Shown here in pieces: positions 14,179 to 27,602 of a DNA stretch of 61,305 nt. Position 1 is the stretch's first letter. Each line of letters begins with the position of its first letter. Location of the stretch: the NCBI GenBank assembly GCA_003344405.1, contig NOWV01000112.1:186001-247305 (forward strand), read 5' to 3'. The translations under genes were made by a program, and so were the position numbers. The stretch comes from Trichoplax sp. H2. Taxonomy: Eukaryota. The notes beneath the pieces were generated by a model. The model saw only the letters and a list, made by a program, of their open reading frames with translations, had not been told where the DNA came from and made no database searches.

Positions 14179-15138
14179 TTAGCTAAGCAAACTGAATTTA
14201 CTTTTGGTCTGTAACCATAATTTACTTCGAATTTGTCTATCAAATATTAAATAAAGGACTGGATTAAGAACGTTCAATGCTGTTGTAACTATATTACCAA
14301 TATAAAAGAAGAGAAAGAGCACTAAGTTATCTAATGCGGTTTGACGTATACTTTTAGTACGAAATCCTATGAGAATTGCAGAAATAAAATTTGGCGTTAC
14401 TATAAGGGCGTAACATATGGCTAGGCTAATTAACATCTTAATAAATCTCATTTTCTTCTGGTGATCTTGCTCAAGTTGATCCGATGTCCAAAAGCCAGGG
14501 CGAACGTATTTCTTTTGAGAAACTGATATGCTAATATATGAAGTTGTGATGATCGTAACAGGTATTAAAAACAGGAATACACCAAGTGTCGCAACAACGA
14601 TAGCTTTCTTAGAATCCATATTTACGAGATCACACAGTAAGGGTGCGTCTGGGTACCCGATAAAATATGATCCAAATAGTAATGATAGTATTGTTGCTAC
14701 TATCCAAATAAGAATTTCACTTATTACTAGAAATTTTACTTTATGGTAACGATAAAATAATGACAGAGGTCGCACAATAGCAAAATAACGATCAACCGCG
14801 ATTAAAGCTAAATTCATTAGAGAAATTCCGTTTGATATGGGTCCAATGCTCATAGCTATGAAGCACCATGCCGCACCACTTTGATAATCTAGGCTATCAA
14901 ATACTACAAAATAATATCCAATGATTGATTTTAGCGACGATACAATATCAGATATCGCTGATATACATAACAGGCGATAAGTAGTCTTAAAGAAATCACG
15001 ATCGGTAAGAAGTAATTCGACTATTGCAATATTTATAATCAATCCAGCCGTAGTGATAGGAAGAACGCCAATAATAACATCATGGTAAATTCTTGATGCA
15101 AGTTTCAAGTTTATTGTTGTATTATTGTAAGCGTCCAT
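14179..15138 (-). CDS. Intact intronless class A GPCR, 319 aa, orphan
   Basis: Seven hydrophobic segments; N-glycosylation sequons (NNTT); TM1 Asn; TM2 SAISD; TM3 Cys (WC) and VDRY; TM4 Trp; ECL2 Cys (LLCD); TM7 LNPVLY (NPxxY). A pyrimidine-rich AG at 15162-15163 suggests a 5'UTR intron. Confidence 0.95.
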   Translation of the reverse strand: MDAYNNTTINLKLASRIYHDVIIGVLPITTAGLIINIAIVELLLTDRDFFKTTYRLLCISAISDIVSSLKSIIGYYFVVFDSLDYQSGAAWCFIAMSIGPISNGISLMNLALIAVDRYFAIVRPLSLFYRYHKVKFLVISEILIWIVATILSLLFGSYFIGYPDAPLLCDLVNMDSKKAIVVATLGVFLFLIPVTIITTSYISISVSQKKYVRPGFWTSDQLEQDHQKKMRFIKMLISLAICYALIVTPNFISAILIGFRTKSIRQTALDNLVLFLFFYIGNIVTTALNVLNPVLYLIFDRQIRSKLWLQTKSKFSLLS

Positions 15139-16329
15139 CGTTTACGAATTTGAGCTATATTCTGAAAGACAAACAGATAGAAACAGTAAATCTATTTTGT
15201 TCCGGTAGAAATATGATAATACAATTTCGAGAGGTAGAGAAATTGGGATCTTTTGGAGGCAATATTCGGTTCAATCCAATAGCTAATAGGACGAATTTAT
15301 TATCTGTGGGTGATATTTGCTAATTCGTCGCGTAAATTAGAAAAGAATTAATCCTAGCTAAAAACGTGTTTGCTTATAAACCTTCGTGAGCATAGTAAAA
15401 CAAAAGAGATAATACTTGTGTAATGAATATAATGTTTATTGTTTATAGTCAGTCGTTCAATGCAGATATAAAACTCAAAAGCATATTTAGACGTAGATGC
15501 CTTTTATGTCTTGGGTTCTTTTAAGCGAATGAATCACTAGGCATGGTACTAGCATTAAACAGTAAATTTCAAACAATAAATTACAAACTAAAGGTATCAA
15601 CCTATTAATCGAAAGAAAAATTAATATATATAATGTGTTTGTAAAGCTAATTCATTTGTATTTATAAAATGAATTAATAAATTGTCCCAGTTGCATCACA
15701 CTGAAACCAAACTTTATCCTCACGCATTAGCTCTGACCCCCTTTGTTATATATTGAAACTAATTGATTTGATTGATGGAAAACGTATTATAAGAAAAGTA
15801 ATTGAGCATTTATTAGAATTATCCTCAGAAGAGGACTAGAATGATGACTTATACAGTTTTTGTAAAACTGATTATAATGGCAATGAAGGGGTCGATTGGA
15901 TTTAGAGTAAACTGCTCGGTATATAAGCATACCAAATGGATTTTCGAAAAGTGCAAATAAGAATAGTATTGATCCTTTTTTCAGGTGATGTTTATACCGT
16001 TAATTTAATAAGCTGCTTATAAATTCTAATGTCGTTTCCTTACGGAAATAACAGTCGGTTGAGTGAATAATGAGGTATTTGCTTTATGTACTAATATACG
16101 TTGAATTACCCAAGGGTTAAAGTATGTTCATTTTAAAGATATAAAAAATTAGGTTCAAGTAAATGAGAAATTTTTGATAAATTCCTGAATGAACTGGTAC
16201 CGAGTAATATCGAATGGCCAATTAAAATACTTGTTGTAGTTGCTGCAAAAAATTTCAAATTTTTATCATAAAATTTTAAATAAAAACGAATAAGCTAATT
16301 AACTTCATAAGTCAATGTTTATTCCTTAT

Positions 16330-18170
16330 AAGTTACTGCTTAGAAATCTTAAGCATTAATCTATACAAACATCAATCTTTGATTGATTTCATAGTCTATC
16401 TAAACAATATCTCCTTTTATCGGTCTGCAACAATGTATCACTCTTGTTATCACTTACTTAAAATGAATATACTAACGAGTTATTCAGTATACGTAGCACA
16501 ATTGCAATCATGAATAGTTTAATGATCCTCATATGAGTAAGTTTTATAGCTATGGCACAGTTACATATTTCTCATGCATAATTGTACGTTATATTTGTAC
16601 AAAGAATCACGATTTTTGCAAATAATTTGTCCAAAGATATATAATAGTATGCACGTATCATGGTATACTATTAATATAAACTAGAGCTCTCAATCTGAAA
16701 TTATTAGTCTGGACATATAGGGAGCTAAATTGATGGTTCTTAGTTCAAGATTTAATTTTCTATCAATAATACTAAAAGAGAAAAATCATGCAATGCAGCT
16801 GCATGACATATTAAAATGTTTCACATGTGCATTAAAACCGAACGTATTTCATTTAATTAGCTTATTGGCAAAATTTAATTATGGATAGTGTCAACAAATT
16901 ATTTGTAAATATACTATTCAAATGAATACATTTTGATGATAATCAAACTCAACTATTCAGTATGAAAGATTTTTAAAATTATTTTCATTTATTCATAAAG
17001 CTCAGTCTATTTTACATAAATATTATTACATTGCAAGTAGTCTCGCAGAAATAAAGTTATTGCAATTTAAATTTATATGAATGTTATAACCCGATATTAC
17101 AGAAATTTTTTGATTTAAAAATAGACATCAAAACATACTAAAGCTGTAGCCGTGAATAAAATGGGTTTATTTTATTTTGTAACTGTAAAATAAAAAAATT
17201 GTTATTAGACTGCAGCAAAGTACATTAGTTATCCTTTGTTACCATTTCAGGAGCTTTCCTTTATTATTTGAGAGAAAACCGCCCTGTTTACCTTGTATTA
17301 GTGATACAAATTAAAAAATGCGGGCATTCTCTTTCATTCGTATAACCTATAATAACGAATTTTAATAATTGTGATTAGTTGTGTGGTCATTAATGTAATC
17401 TGGTAATTAATAAAAGATTCAATAGCTTTTGAAATCATTTTTCCTCGAACAAGAAATTGGAGAGACGAATATCAAAATTGGATCATTCATTAAGACTATA
17501 GCACCAAAGATTGATATTCATTTACTGGAAACATCCCTCAGTGTGTCGTGATATTATTAGTTGACTACAGTTTATTTCAAATAATGAATTTTATTTTTCT
17601 CAGGTTTTTTCAAGCATGTTGTTAAGCCTTTACTATGACCTAAAGCTGAAGAGATTGTAAGAGTAAAGCTGTCCAAATTCTTCTTCTTTTTTGATTACTG
17701 AGTGCGGAAATACTGTCAATACTAGTAATGCGTTTTCGATCTGCAGGAGCAATGCTATTGTTTTATGTTATTTTAAAAGAAATTCAGTTTTAATAAGTAA
17801 TGTTTTATCAGTTTCAACACAATTGATATTCATACTTATAATATCTAAATTGTAAATTTCTTCTAACTTTATCACTATTTTCATCCTTTGGTCTATCCCA
17901 CTATTATCAATAAGCGCCTCAAAATCAGATGATCTCATTTCGAACAATTATTATAATTTCCGCTATAAATGGTTCCGAAGATTAACAGATATTGAATCTC
18001 AGTGCTGACTCTGGTATTTTCTTTTGTAATTTAAAGTATAAAGTATTCGGAAAGGATGCAGTTCTACTAGGAAAGGCTTACTTCAGGGTATCCTTGATAT
18101 CATCCCTAATTTAATTATATAATAATTAATTATAATAAGAGATTACACATGATAGAAATATTTGCCACTC
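16330..18170. repeat. Older ~1.9-kb duplication, paralogous to about 19210-21190
   Basis: Colinear blocks such as tcatgaatagtttaatgatcctca(t/c)atgagtaa, attgatggtt(c/g)ttagttcaa, tagtgatacaaattaaaaa and atcattcattaagact. Visibly more diverged than the 14929/18490 pair. Confidence 0.9.
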
Positions 18171-18483
18171 GATGGAATGGCAATCACTTAATATCAGGTC
18201 TCATTTTACTTTCAACTTAATTAACTTCCGTTTTTATTTCAAATTGCTTTTATAAATTTGTGAGTATAAACACCTGCCATTTATACTGTATTCGATTATT
18301 ATATTACATTTTTTTGGAAATCGCAAACTCATCCAAATCAAATCATGAGACGCATTCTTTGTAGCACTAAATTCAGTCCTAACTATCCTTCTGCGCAATC
18401 AATCTTGAACTTATTGTTATCTTATTATTGGTCATGAGCAACTCCATTATTAAACTTGTTATATATGTAGACAAATGGAGGCT

Positions 18484-18699
18484 CTAAGTTTTTAGCGACG
18501 ATACAATATCAGATATCGCTGATATACATAACAGGCGATAAGTAGTCTTAAAGAAATCACGATCGGTAAGAAGTAATTCGACTATTGCAATATTTAAAAT
18601 CAATCCAGCCGTAGTGATAGGAAGAATGCCAATAATAACATCATTGTAAATTCTTGATGCAAGTTTCAAGTTTATTGTTGTATTATTGTAAGCGTCCAT
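18484..18699 (-). pseudogene. Truncated copy of the 14179-15138 GPCR (first 70 codons)
   Basis: MDAYNNTTINLKLASRIYNDVIIGILPITTAGLILNIAIVELLLTDRDFFKTTYRLLCISAISDIVSSLK, then T* in unrelated sequence; three amino-acid differences from the parent. Confidence 0.92.
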
Positions 18700-19043
18700 C
18701 GTTTACGAATTTGAGCTATATTCTGAAAGACAAACAGATAGAAACAGTAAATCTATTTTGTTCCGGCAGGAGTATGATAATACAATTTCGAGAGGTAGAG
18801 AAATTGGGATCTTTTGGAGGCAATATTCGGTTCAATCCAATAGCTAATAGGACGAATTTATTATCTGTGGGCGATATTTGCTAATTCGCCGCGTAAATTA
18901 GAAAAGAATTAATCCTAGCTAAAAACGTGTTTGCTTATAAACCTTCGTGAGCATAGCGTAACAAAAGAGATAATACTTGTGTAATGAATATAATGTTTAT
19001 TGTTTATAGTCAGTCGTTCAATGCAGGTATAAAACTCAAAAGC
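18490..19043. repeat. Recent near-identical duplicate of 14929-15482 (GPCR 5' end plus upstream region)
   Basis: Constant offset of 3561 bp, with about a dozen substitutions over ~554 bp by eye. Confidence 0.95.
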
Positions 19044-19954
19044 TTATTAAGGTATAGATGTCTCTGATTAGTTCAATCTTTTCAAACCTGAGAGTGATTA
19101 AGTATAGGCATTTACTCAAAAGAATATCAATTTATTTAATGAAATTATAAAGTTAATTGATCAGAATATAAAGGATGATTTTAAATTAGAGAAATTAATA
19201 GTTACATATATTCTTGGAAATCTTCACCATCAAGCTGTAAAAATATCTACTGTACATTTATTTGATTTCATAATGCAGCTAAACATTAGCACCTTTTATC
19301 AATCTGCAACAAATATGTCACGGTCAGTCTAATTAAAAGAGATGAATATAATATCGTAAACTGGTTATCCTATACACATCGAACAATAATGATCATGAAT
19401 AGTTTAATGATCCTCACATGAGTAAATTTTATAGTTATGAACTAAAATTCTTAATCTGAAATTGCTAATCTTGACATACAAGGAGCTGAATTGATGGTTG
19501 TTAGTTCAAAATTTAACTTTCTACCTACAATCCTAAAATACGAAAATATGCAATGCAGCTACGTGATATAATGACATGTTTCTCGTGTGAATTAGCGGAG
19601 GGAGTATTCAATTTATTTAACTTATTATTGAAAGTTCATCACGGATATAATAAACAAATCATTTACAAATTTTCTGTTCAAATTAACGCTTTTTAATGCT
19701 AACCAAAATCAGCTATTCAACATAAGAGATTTTTAAAATCATTTTATACATTTATAAAGTTCAGCTGATTTACGTAAATACCGTTACACTACAAATAATC
19801 TTGTAGAAATAAAGCCACTACAATTTAGATTTATATGAGTGTTTTACAATCTGATACTGTAGAGATCTTTTCAGTTAAAAGTAGACGTTAACATATTAAA
19901 GCTTTAGCTGTGAATAATAAAATGAGATTGTTTTGTATAAATATTTAAAGAGAA

Positions 19955-20237
19955 CCATTATTAAAACAGTTGTATATGAGTCAGTCGTATATTTCCTTCC
20001 GGCTAGGCTTGATTGACAAGAAGGAAACAATTCCTATCAGATCCAAATAAAGTTTATTAGTTGATCTTTGTTATCTTTTCATAAGCTTTCCGTTATTAAA
20101 AACAGTTATTGTATATGAGTCAGTCCTATATTCCCTTCCGGCTAGGCTTGATTGAGTAAAATGAAACAATTCCTATCAGATCAAAATAAAGTATATTAGT
20201 TGATCTTTGTTATCTTTTCATAAGCTTTCCATTATTA
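19955..20237. repeat. Tandem duplication, two units of about 135-139 bp
   Basis: ttattaaaa(a)cag...gtatatgagtcagtc.tatatt.ccttccggctaggcttgattga...ttagttgatctttgttatcttttcataagctttcc occurs twice head-to-tail. Confidence 0.95.
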
Positions 20238-23200
20238 TTTGGGCGCAAACAGCCATGGCGACATTATACTAGTGATACAAATTAAAAATTACAGATGTTT
20301 AATTTAGTGGTATAATCTATAATAATGAACTTTCATAACGGTGACTTGTAGTGTAATCAGTCATATAGCCTAATAATCAATACAAGATTTAATAGTTTTT
20401 AAAACCGTTTATTCTCGAATAAGTAATTATCAAGGAACAAATGTTTAAATGCATTTAAGAGACAAATATTGAAGTTGAATCATTCATTAAGACTGTACTG
20501 TAGCTCCTACGATTGGTACACATTTGCTAAAAATCTAATTCAGTGTGGTGGGATATTACTATTTAGCTATAGTTTATTTCAAGTAATTATTTCTTTTATT
20601 GCATCACCGTCTTTTCTTTCAAACATCTTGTCCACTATTTGCTGTAGCCTAAAGCCGAAGGGATTATGAGATTAAAACTGCCCGAATTATTCTTCAAATT
20701 TTGATTCTGCGTATGAAAGTACTTCAATGCTAATAATACATTTTCGATTTGCTGTAGCGATGTTATTGTTTGTACATTTACAATAATGTTGATATTGTTT
20801 TAGAAGAAATCAGTTAATAAGTAATCTTTATCTTTTTTAACACAATTTATTTTTTATGCTCACAATGTCTAAGTAGTAAATTTTTTCCTTACTTTAAGAC
20901 TATTCTTATTCTGTCATCTATTTAATAATAATCGATAGGCGCTTCAAAATTATACGCCTCTTATTTCGATAAATTATTACAATTTCCATATAAATGTGAT
21001 TCTGGAGATTAGTAGATATTGAAATTCGGTGCTGACTTTGACATTTCATTTTACAATTTAAACTATAACATTATTAGGAAGAACTCAATTCTATTAAGAA
21101 AGGCTCTCCTCAGGATATTCTCAATATCGTTGCTAATTTAATTATACTGTTTAGTAATAAGGGATTATACATAGTAGCGATACTTCCCCACTCAACAGCT
21201 TTTCGGCATTTTAATGCCTACATTCAAAAATATATCGTTTATTCAAATTTATTATAGTTTTTCAGATTAATCACCTAATCTTTATTGACCTTGTCACAGA
21301 CACTGTGTAGTGGTTTTAGCTGATTACAATAATAACATGAAGTGCTATAGCTCTTGAAAGTAGAATAGTCTACTACGCTTAGCGAAGTAATTATATGATG
21401 ACTAAAATGATGAAACAGTGCGCTTGTGCTATTCGTACTATATAGGTAAAGGACATAGATAACAGCCTCATAAGTGTTTTTATGTAATATATTTATGTAA
21501 TCATTAATTTATATGGAATTGATGACGTCGCAGAAGTCGATTATCCTGTTCATTTTAAGCGTTTTTCAATTATTACTATGAGGGAAAGAAAAGTGTTTTC
21601 TTCTCCTTCTAGTAAGCTGTTATTAAATGATACTTTTAAGGTTATCAAACACGATGTTGGTCTTATTGTGTCGCTTTAAATAAGACAAGAATGAGAATAA
21701 GAAATATGAAATAAGAATTCGAGATTTGCTCACTTTTATTAACTTAAAGTTCGAGTTATTAGATTAGCATGCTTTATTCGTCATAGGCTCCTGTATCAAT
21801 ATGTAGGAAAGTTCAAAGATATAGATTTATATGTATGGTAGATATATACCACTTAGCACTACATGTTAAGGTGTATATGGCGTTTTACTCAATTCAAATT
21901 CAATCACTACAGATGACAGAGACCAATGATAAAACTTTACTATATTTATATCCTCTTGTTTCATTAATCAAATCATGTTCTTATATTATAACTTTATGGC
22001 CACAGATGCTCAACTGTAATTAAGCATTTAAAGATAGATTATTAGAGAGATTGCAAAGATAATGGTAGCAAATGGATCATGATGTAAGAATCATAAGGGC
22101 TGAAATAAAAGGATAGTCAGAATTCGTGTAAGATATCTAAGCTAGTTACGCAGCATGTGTTCATACTATAATTTTATTTCTGTCTATTTATTAGACTATC
22201 ATTATAGTAATAAGATTTTTAAAGAGTAATTTGTCATGGTGATATTGATACTGATAATTAATTGCATCAGTCATTGGAGTGACTATCGTCAAACGTTCGC
22301 ATAAATATGGCTGCACTTTCACACAGAATATAGCTCATATAATTGTGTCATAGATCTCTTACTCTTGCTGGATATAAGAATGCTAACAATAATAAAGTAC
22401 TAACTTATTAATCATTGGCAATCTTGAAATAAATTTTTATTATATTTTATAAACTATTTATAGTCGTAGACAGACGAAATATTAAGATACCAACCGCAAC
22501 AGCAAGAAATTGAGGCAGCGAAATTTTTTCCTCTGTTAAAGCTTATTCTGTTTATACAGATAGCTTTTATAATTATAATTAAAGTTATCACAAATAAGTT
22601 ACTGTAATTAAGCCTTGACCAACTTCCTATCTGATATCGATCTATAGTCACTTAGTCCCAAATACTTAGTATTAGAAACTCCATTACAGGCAAAAATAGC
22701 GCTCATACTATCCTATTAACATACAGTACCTATGGCGTTTATAGTTCCACTGGTAGTTGCACTTGAAACTCAATAATTTTTAATAAATGCTGATAAAGCA
22801 AAATCTAGCTCGGCCTCATTTAGTGTTCAATAAAGTTTTAGTATATTTCTTGTTTCGACTGAAAGTAGGATAATCAACAAATAGGTTTAATTCCATAAGG
22901 TTAATTTCGAAGAAGAATTATTAGGATTGCTTCAGATCAAATAGAAATTAGTTGCCTAATTTGATTAGGGTATAAAGTTTTAAAGGTTAAAGGATACTTT
23001 TAGCACCCCTGGTATTCGATATCTTAACTCCCAGTACTTGAATTTAATATTTAATATTAACCATGTCGATTTATTTTACTTCATTCTAGCTTTAAGCTTA
23101 TTATATACTTTGATATCTTTATTGTATCTTCTATACTATTGGCACCATAGATGCTGTATAATATTATCTTCAATAATTATGTAGTCACTTGCGTTAGACT

Positions 23201-25699
23201 TTCAAAAATTTAAGATATTACATCCGGCTAGACATAAATTATGTATAGCTTCGATTCGGATCATTAGTTGAGTATAAGTGGTGGTTTTGTTCGCTCATTG
23301 CATTGCACATCTATGTCCTATTAATTAAATAAAATTGTTGAAAGTAAAATTGATAGGTTTGAAGTAGATGGATAAATTAAATATTTTGGCGAATTTTTAA
23401 CTAATAATTCACTTTTTTCCTATATCCTATCCAATTGGGTATACTAGTTGTTATTTACGTTTTACTTATTTATTTATCGACTTCATTTTACTTAATTCTA
23501 CTTTGAAAATTGGACTGTTCCAGAAGTTGTGTTTAATTATTCTTTGATGTGTGGTATCGAGTAAGTTTACAATTTATTACATTCTCAGCTATTTCAGTAC
23601 AATTCACCTCGGCGTCCTTAAAATATTATTCGTACATTGTTGGGGATAAATGACTAAAAGCGAAGCATTTAATCCAATGGTCTACCGTTTTTTAATCAAG
23701 CCACTGTAATGCCGATGTAGTCTAGGAATAAGATGAAAGAGAAAACTATCAATTCAAGTATATTTATTGGTTTACAGTGAATAGAAACTGTCAAACTTTG
23801 AAAAAATACGGTAATAAACAACGCAGATTACAACTACATATTTACCGTATTTGATAATTTTACATATTATCTCAGTAACTGTGTTTATGTAGGAATGGAT
23901 ACGTGCAGGAAGTTCACAGTATTCTAATTACAAATTCATAAGAGGGTTTGATGATAAAGAATTAATGTATGACCTTATGATCGTGTATGAAATACTCCTA
24001 TAATTGGATTTATTTAGGCGTATATATATAATTTTAATATTGTAATTATGATATTAATTTAGCAGTAAGCAAGAAAATAGATTGTTCTAGTATGGTTTAA
24101 TGCTTTAAATGCATTTAAAAAGTATTCCAGTAGATATTCTCTAATATCATTGGAATATCGAAATTTCGGTAGTAAATAGGTAAAATTATAGTTGAATGAT
24201 GTTAACATAGGCGAAAGGCGATAAATATGGTATACTATTATTGATAGCCGTAGATTTCCTTTACGGTGCTTTAAGATTGAATTATTGACGCGCAAATAAG
24301 CGAATAGCACCGCTATTTCAACACTGGAAATGAAACGACCTAATTTTAGGTTTTCATACCATATCGAAATAAGCAGTTACAGTTAAGTAAAAATTTAACT
24401 AAAGCAAGTGTCTTAATCGTGTAAATAATTCGCCAATATTCCGTATGCGCTAATAAGAAAAAAATTAGTGTGACGGTCTAGTGACGAAATCTTCTCTTGT
24501 TTCAGATAACAAAATCGAGGAGATCCTTACTGATAGGTATTTTTGGAAATTATCCTAGTTCATCTAAAATTATAACAACGAATAGCAATATACAATTCGG
24601 AAAGTTTTCGAGTATTTGTAAATAAATTTAAAAGCAAGAGAACAAGTATTTTACAACTTAAAATCCGCTAATAGAAACAGTAATATTTCGCGGAAAAGTA
24701 AATCTTAACCACCAGTGTTTACTGGCATATACTTTAGTTGAATGAAATTGAGCTGAAATAATAAATGAACTTAGGACTTGAAGCAATTCCTGTACAAGTT
24801 TTTATTTCTTCCTTAATTGATAGAATATTCATTCCCAATATTCTCTATACTCTTACTACCATACATTTGTATACAGTATACGTAAAATAGCCAAGAGTTC
24901 AGCATATTTCTACTGCTTTTTAAATTAATCATAACTACCGTATTTCTGGGAATTATTTTTATTAGCTGTTAAGTCAACAGTTTTCGTTGGTCTGTTATGT
25001 GCTAAGCATATATACTGTATGGTATGATAGTAGCTAAAAATATCTTACAACTAGTAACGATAAAACTGAAAGTTTTAATATTTGATTCTTGACGAGTTCA
25101 CCTTCCGCTTATATAGATGAATATCGCTAGTAGCAAAAGAAAAATTGCCAATTTTAAAGATAGATATAGCTTTACGGAGTAGAAGAAGCTATTAAAGTAC
25201 GTAGACAAAATTGGTTTATATACTATAACATTAGGGGATTTTGGATTAGCTACCTTCCATTTTAATATACATAACAATATAGAGTAAATTAAAATTTTAC
25301 ACGTGATTAGCTACCAGGATATGTACATTGTACAAGAGGTTTATTTTCCCTGTATGACATGGCTTTTGGACTACCTATTTCCTATTAGCTTTTAACACTG
25401 TGGCTGTTTTTTGAGGATTCCAATAAATAAAAACAGAATATACAAAGCGGAAAGAGTATTAAAATCAACTTGAGGTCACTAGTCAAAGATCAGAGTGTCA
25501 TTGGATAGCAATGAAACCCATTCATTATATACGAGGTGCTCAAAATTTAAAGGAAGCCTTTTAAAATAAAGTAGTAGAAGAAGCCGTAACATAGGCATTC
25601 AAGATACTTTACTCCTATTGTTATATTATGACTTATGAAAATTACCTTTAACCCATATTGTTAAAAGCGGGTCTCAGCAAATCGGATAAATACTCACTA

Positions 25700-26350
25700 C
25701 TGGATTATAATTTGCTTTGATCTCAATGACACAATTTCAAGTTGTAGTTTACATTTTTACATATGATTTACCCACAACCAAATATGGTATCTAATTTTAA
25801 TGATTTAGACTTCATTTATAATTTATAGTTATTTTTTTTTAATTCAATTTAACAGTCAATATCATCTTTGTTGATCAAGAATGGTACCATAGCGTTTTTA
25901 CCCAATCGATTTCGTATTCTGTATTTTATTTACTGGATTGATGATGTTTTTTTATTAATTGCTTATTATGCGATATTTTGATATGATGCCATAGGTCTCG
26001 TGCAACGTAGTTAACAATATACTAACAACTAATGCAGAAGGTCAAACAAGTAATGACAGCCATTATTCAATTTTCATCATTTCTGTATATCCCCACCTCC
26101 CACTCCATAATTATAGATCATTTTTCTATTCCCCTTTGGAAAGTTCATGTATCATGCGATTGTTTTAAAATTCACTTTAATACTAAGATTTCGGCTATGA
26201 CCATTAATTAGTATTCCTGCTAGGTAGGATTTATTATGCCATGCTATAATTAAATGATACCATTACAGTTAAATGGAATATTTTTATGTAGTGGTATTTT
26301 TTATTAAGAACAAATCCTTACGCACTAAACTTGCGAAATCATTTCTGTAG
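25700..26350 (+). pseudogene. Possible highly decayed GPCR remnant
   Basis: Only two short pieces support it: TGL*FALISMTQFQVVVYIF (TM3/ICL2-like) and FYVVVFFIKNKSLRTKLAKSFL* (TM7/helix 8-like), at roughly the expected spacing. Confidence 0.3.
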
Positions 26351-27369
26351 CGATTACTGTAGATCGCCTAGCAGCAACATTAAGTCAAGCTAATATAACT
26401 GCAGCTGAAATCATCTGCCATAAGACGGAGATATTTTAGGTGAAGGAATGAATTCAAATTGCTCAGGGTATACTTGCCATATTGCTACAGTATCTTAACG
26501 CTTGCTAATAATCTAATTAGGCAATGACCATGGTCTAGTGTACGGGTTGTTAGCTCTAGACAAAACTACTGTAATTAGCTGAAATCACTACACATGGGTA
26601 CACTAGTCTACCATCCAATAATTCGTATCATCTCTAGTATCCAACCACCATAATAAGGACTTTCCTAATCAAAGCTACTACATTTACTGTAGCCACAGTA
26701 TTTAGCACTTACACTCGCTCAACACCATTTTAAGGCTCCAGTTAATCTACAATCTCGCACATACAGCATCAACCTACACTTTCTACATATCACTTAGTGA
26801 TTTCCTACAATTTCTTAAGCTATTTTGGGGTCTGCATTGCAGAGGATATAAATAAAAGCGATCCATTTATAACTATTTAACATCGGCCATTGACCAACGT
26901 CATGACTGCAAGTGCTACGAGTAATATCGTTAATTTTGTATCATATTTACGAATTGAAATTTTAAAGCCCACTAGTCATTACAGCATCTAAAGGTGCTTT
27001 CAACGATGCTATCAAATTGATGATTTAATACTATTTCGCCCTTAATTAATATTGCAAATTGTCGGCATTCATTTTGCGTCGTAAAGATTTGTGGTCTATA
27101 GTTTGGCTACCCAAACAGTACTACGTGTTAGTCAGTTCCTACATTTATCTGAGCGTCGTTTTGAACAGCCCTACTGGACTATACCAAATGTAGCATACAT
27201 TACCAAGATGAGTTGAATGTATGGAAAGCTAACTTTGTGCAGAATTTTTGTCCTGTAATACCATACAAACTGCCTTATGTTAGCAGATCAGAGTTCTACA
27301 CAGTGTCCATTCGCCGGTCACTCGACGTTACCACTGAAGCAGCAACGAACTTCGCAGTCTAGCGTAGGA

Positions 27370-27472
27370 TACAGCACGTGATCTCTATACGATTCTGTAT
27401 GACGTATTATGGTGATACGATACCCTCGATCGCCTCACTACTCATAGTCTGTTGGGCGCATGCGTGATGGCT
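27370..27472 (+). promoter_or_regulatory. Probable BRF1 proximal promoter
   Basis: Locally CpG-richer, with CACGTG (E-box), TGACGT (CRE-like) and GCGCATGCG (NRF1-like, 27456-27464), about 140-230 bp upstream of the ATG. Motif resemblance only. Confidence 0.4.
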
Positions 27473-27602
27473 TGTGGAGGTGGAAAAATGTTTAGTAGAC
27501 TGTCTATTTGTTTTCCATGAGAGGCTTTATTATTATTGTTGGATGGTAAAGGAAGAAGGAAATCATCTTGAAAGTAAAGGAGATATCTTCAAAGTAATCA
27601 TC

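Noticed and set aside
20470-20620. Shared TGA codons suggesting a TGA=Trp code (organellar or symbiont insert)
   Set aside because: A TAG is also shared between the copies and other TAA/TAG stops occur, so ordinary decay explains it.
27474-27602. 43-aa extension upstream of BRF1
   Set aside because: GTG start with no family similarity; BRF1 proteins begin just before the Zn ribbon (ATG 27603).
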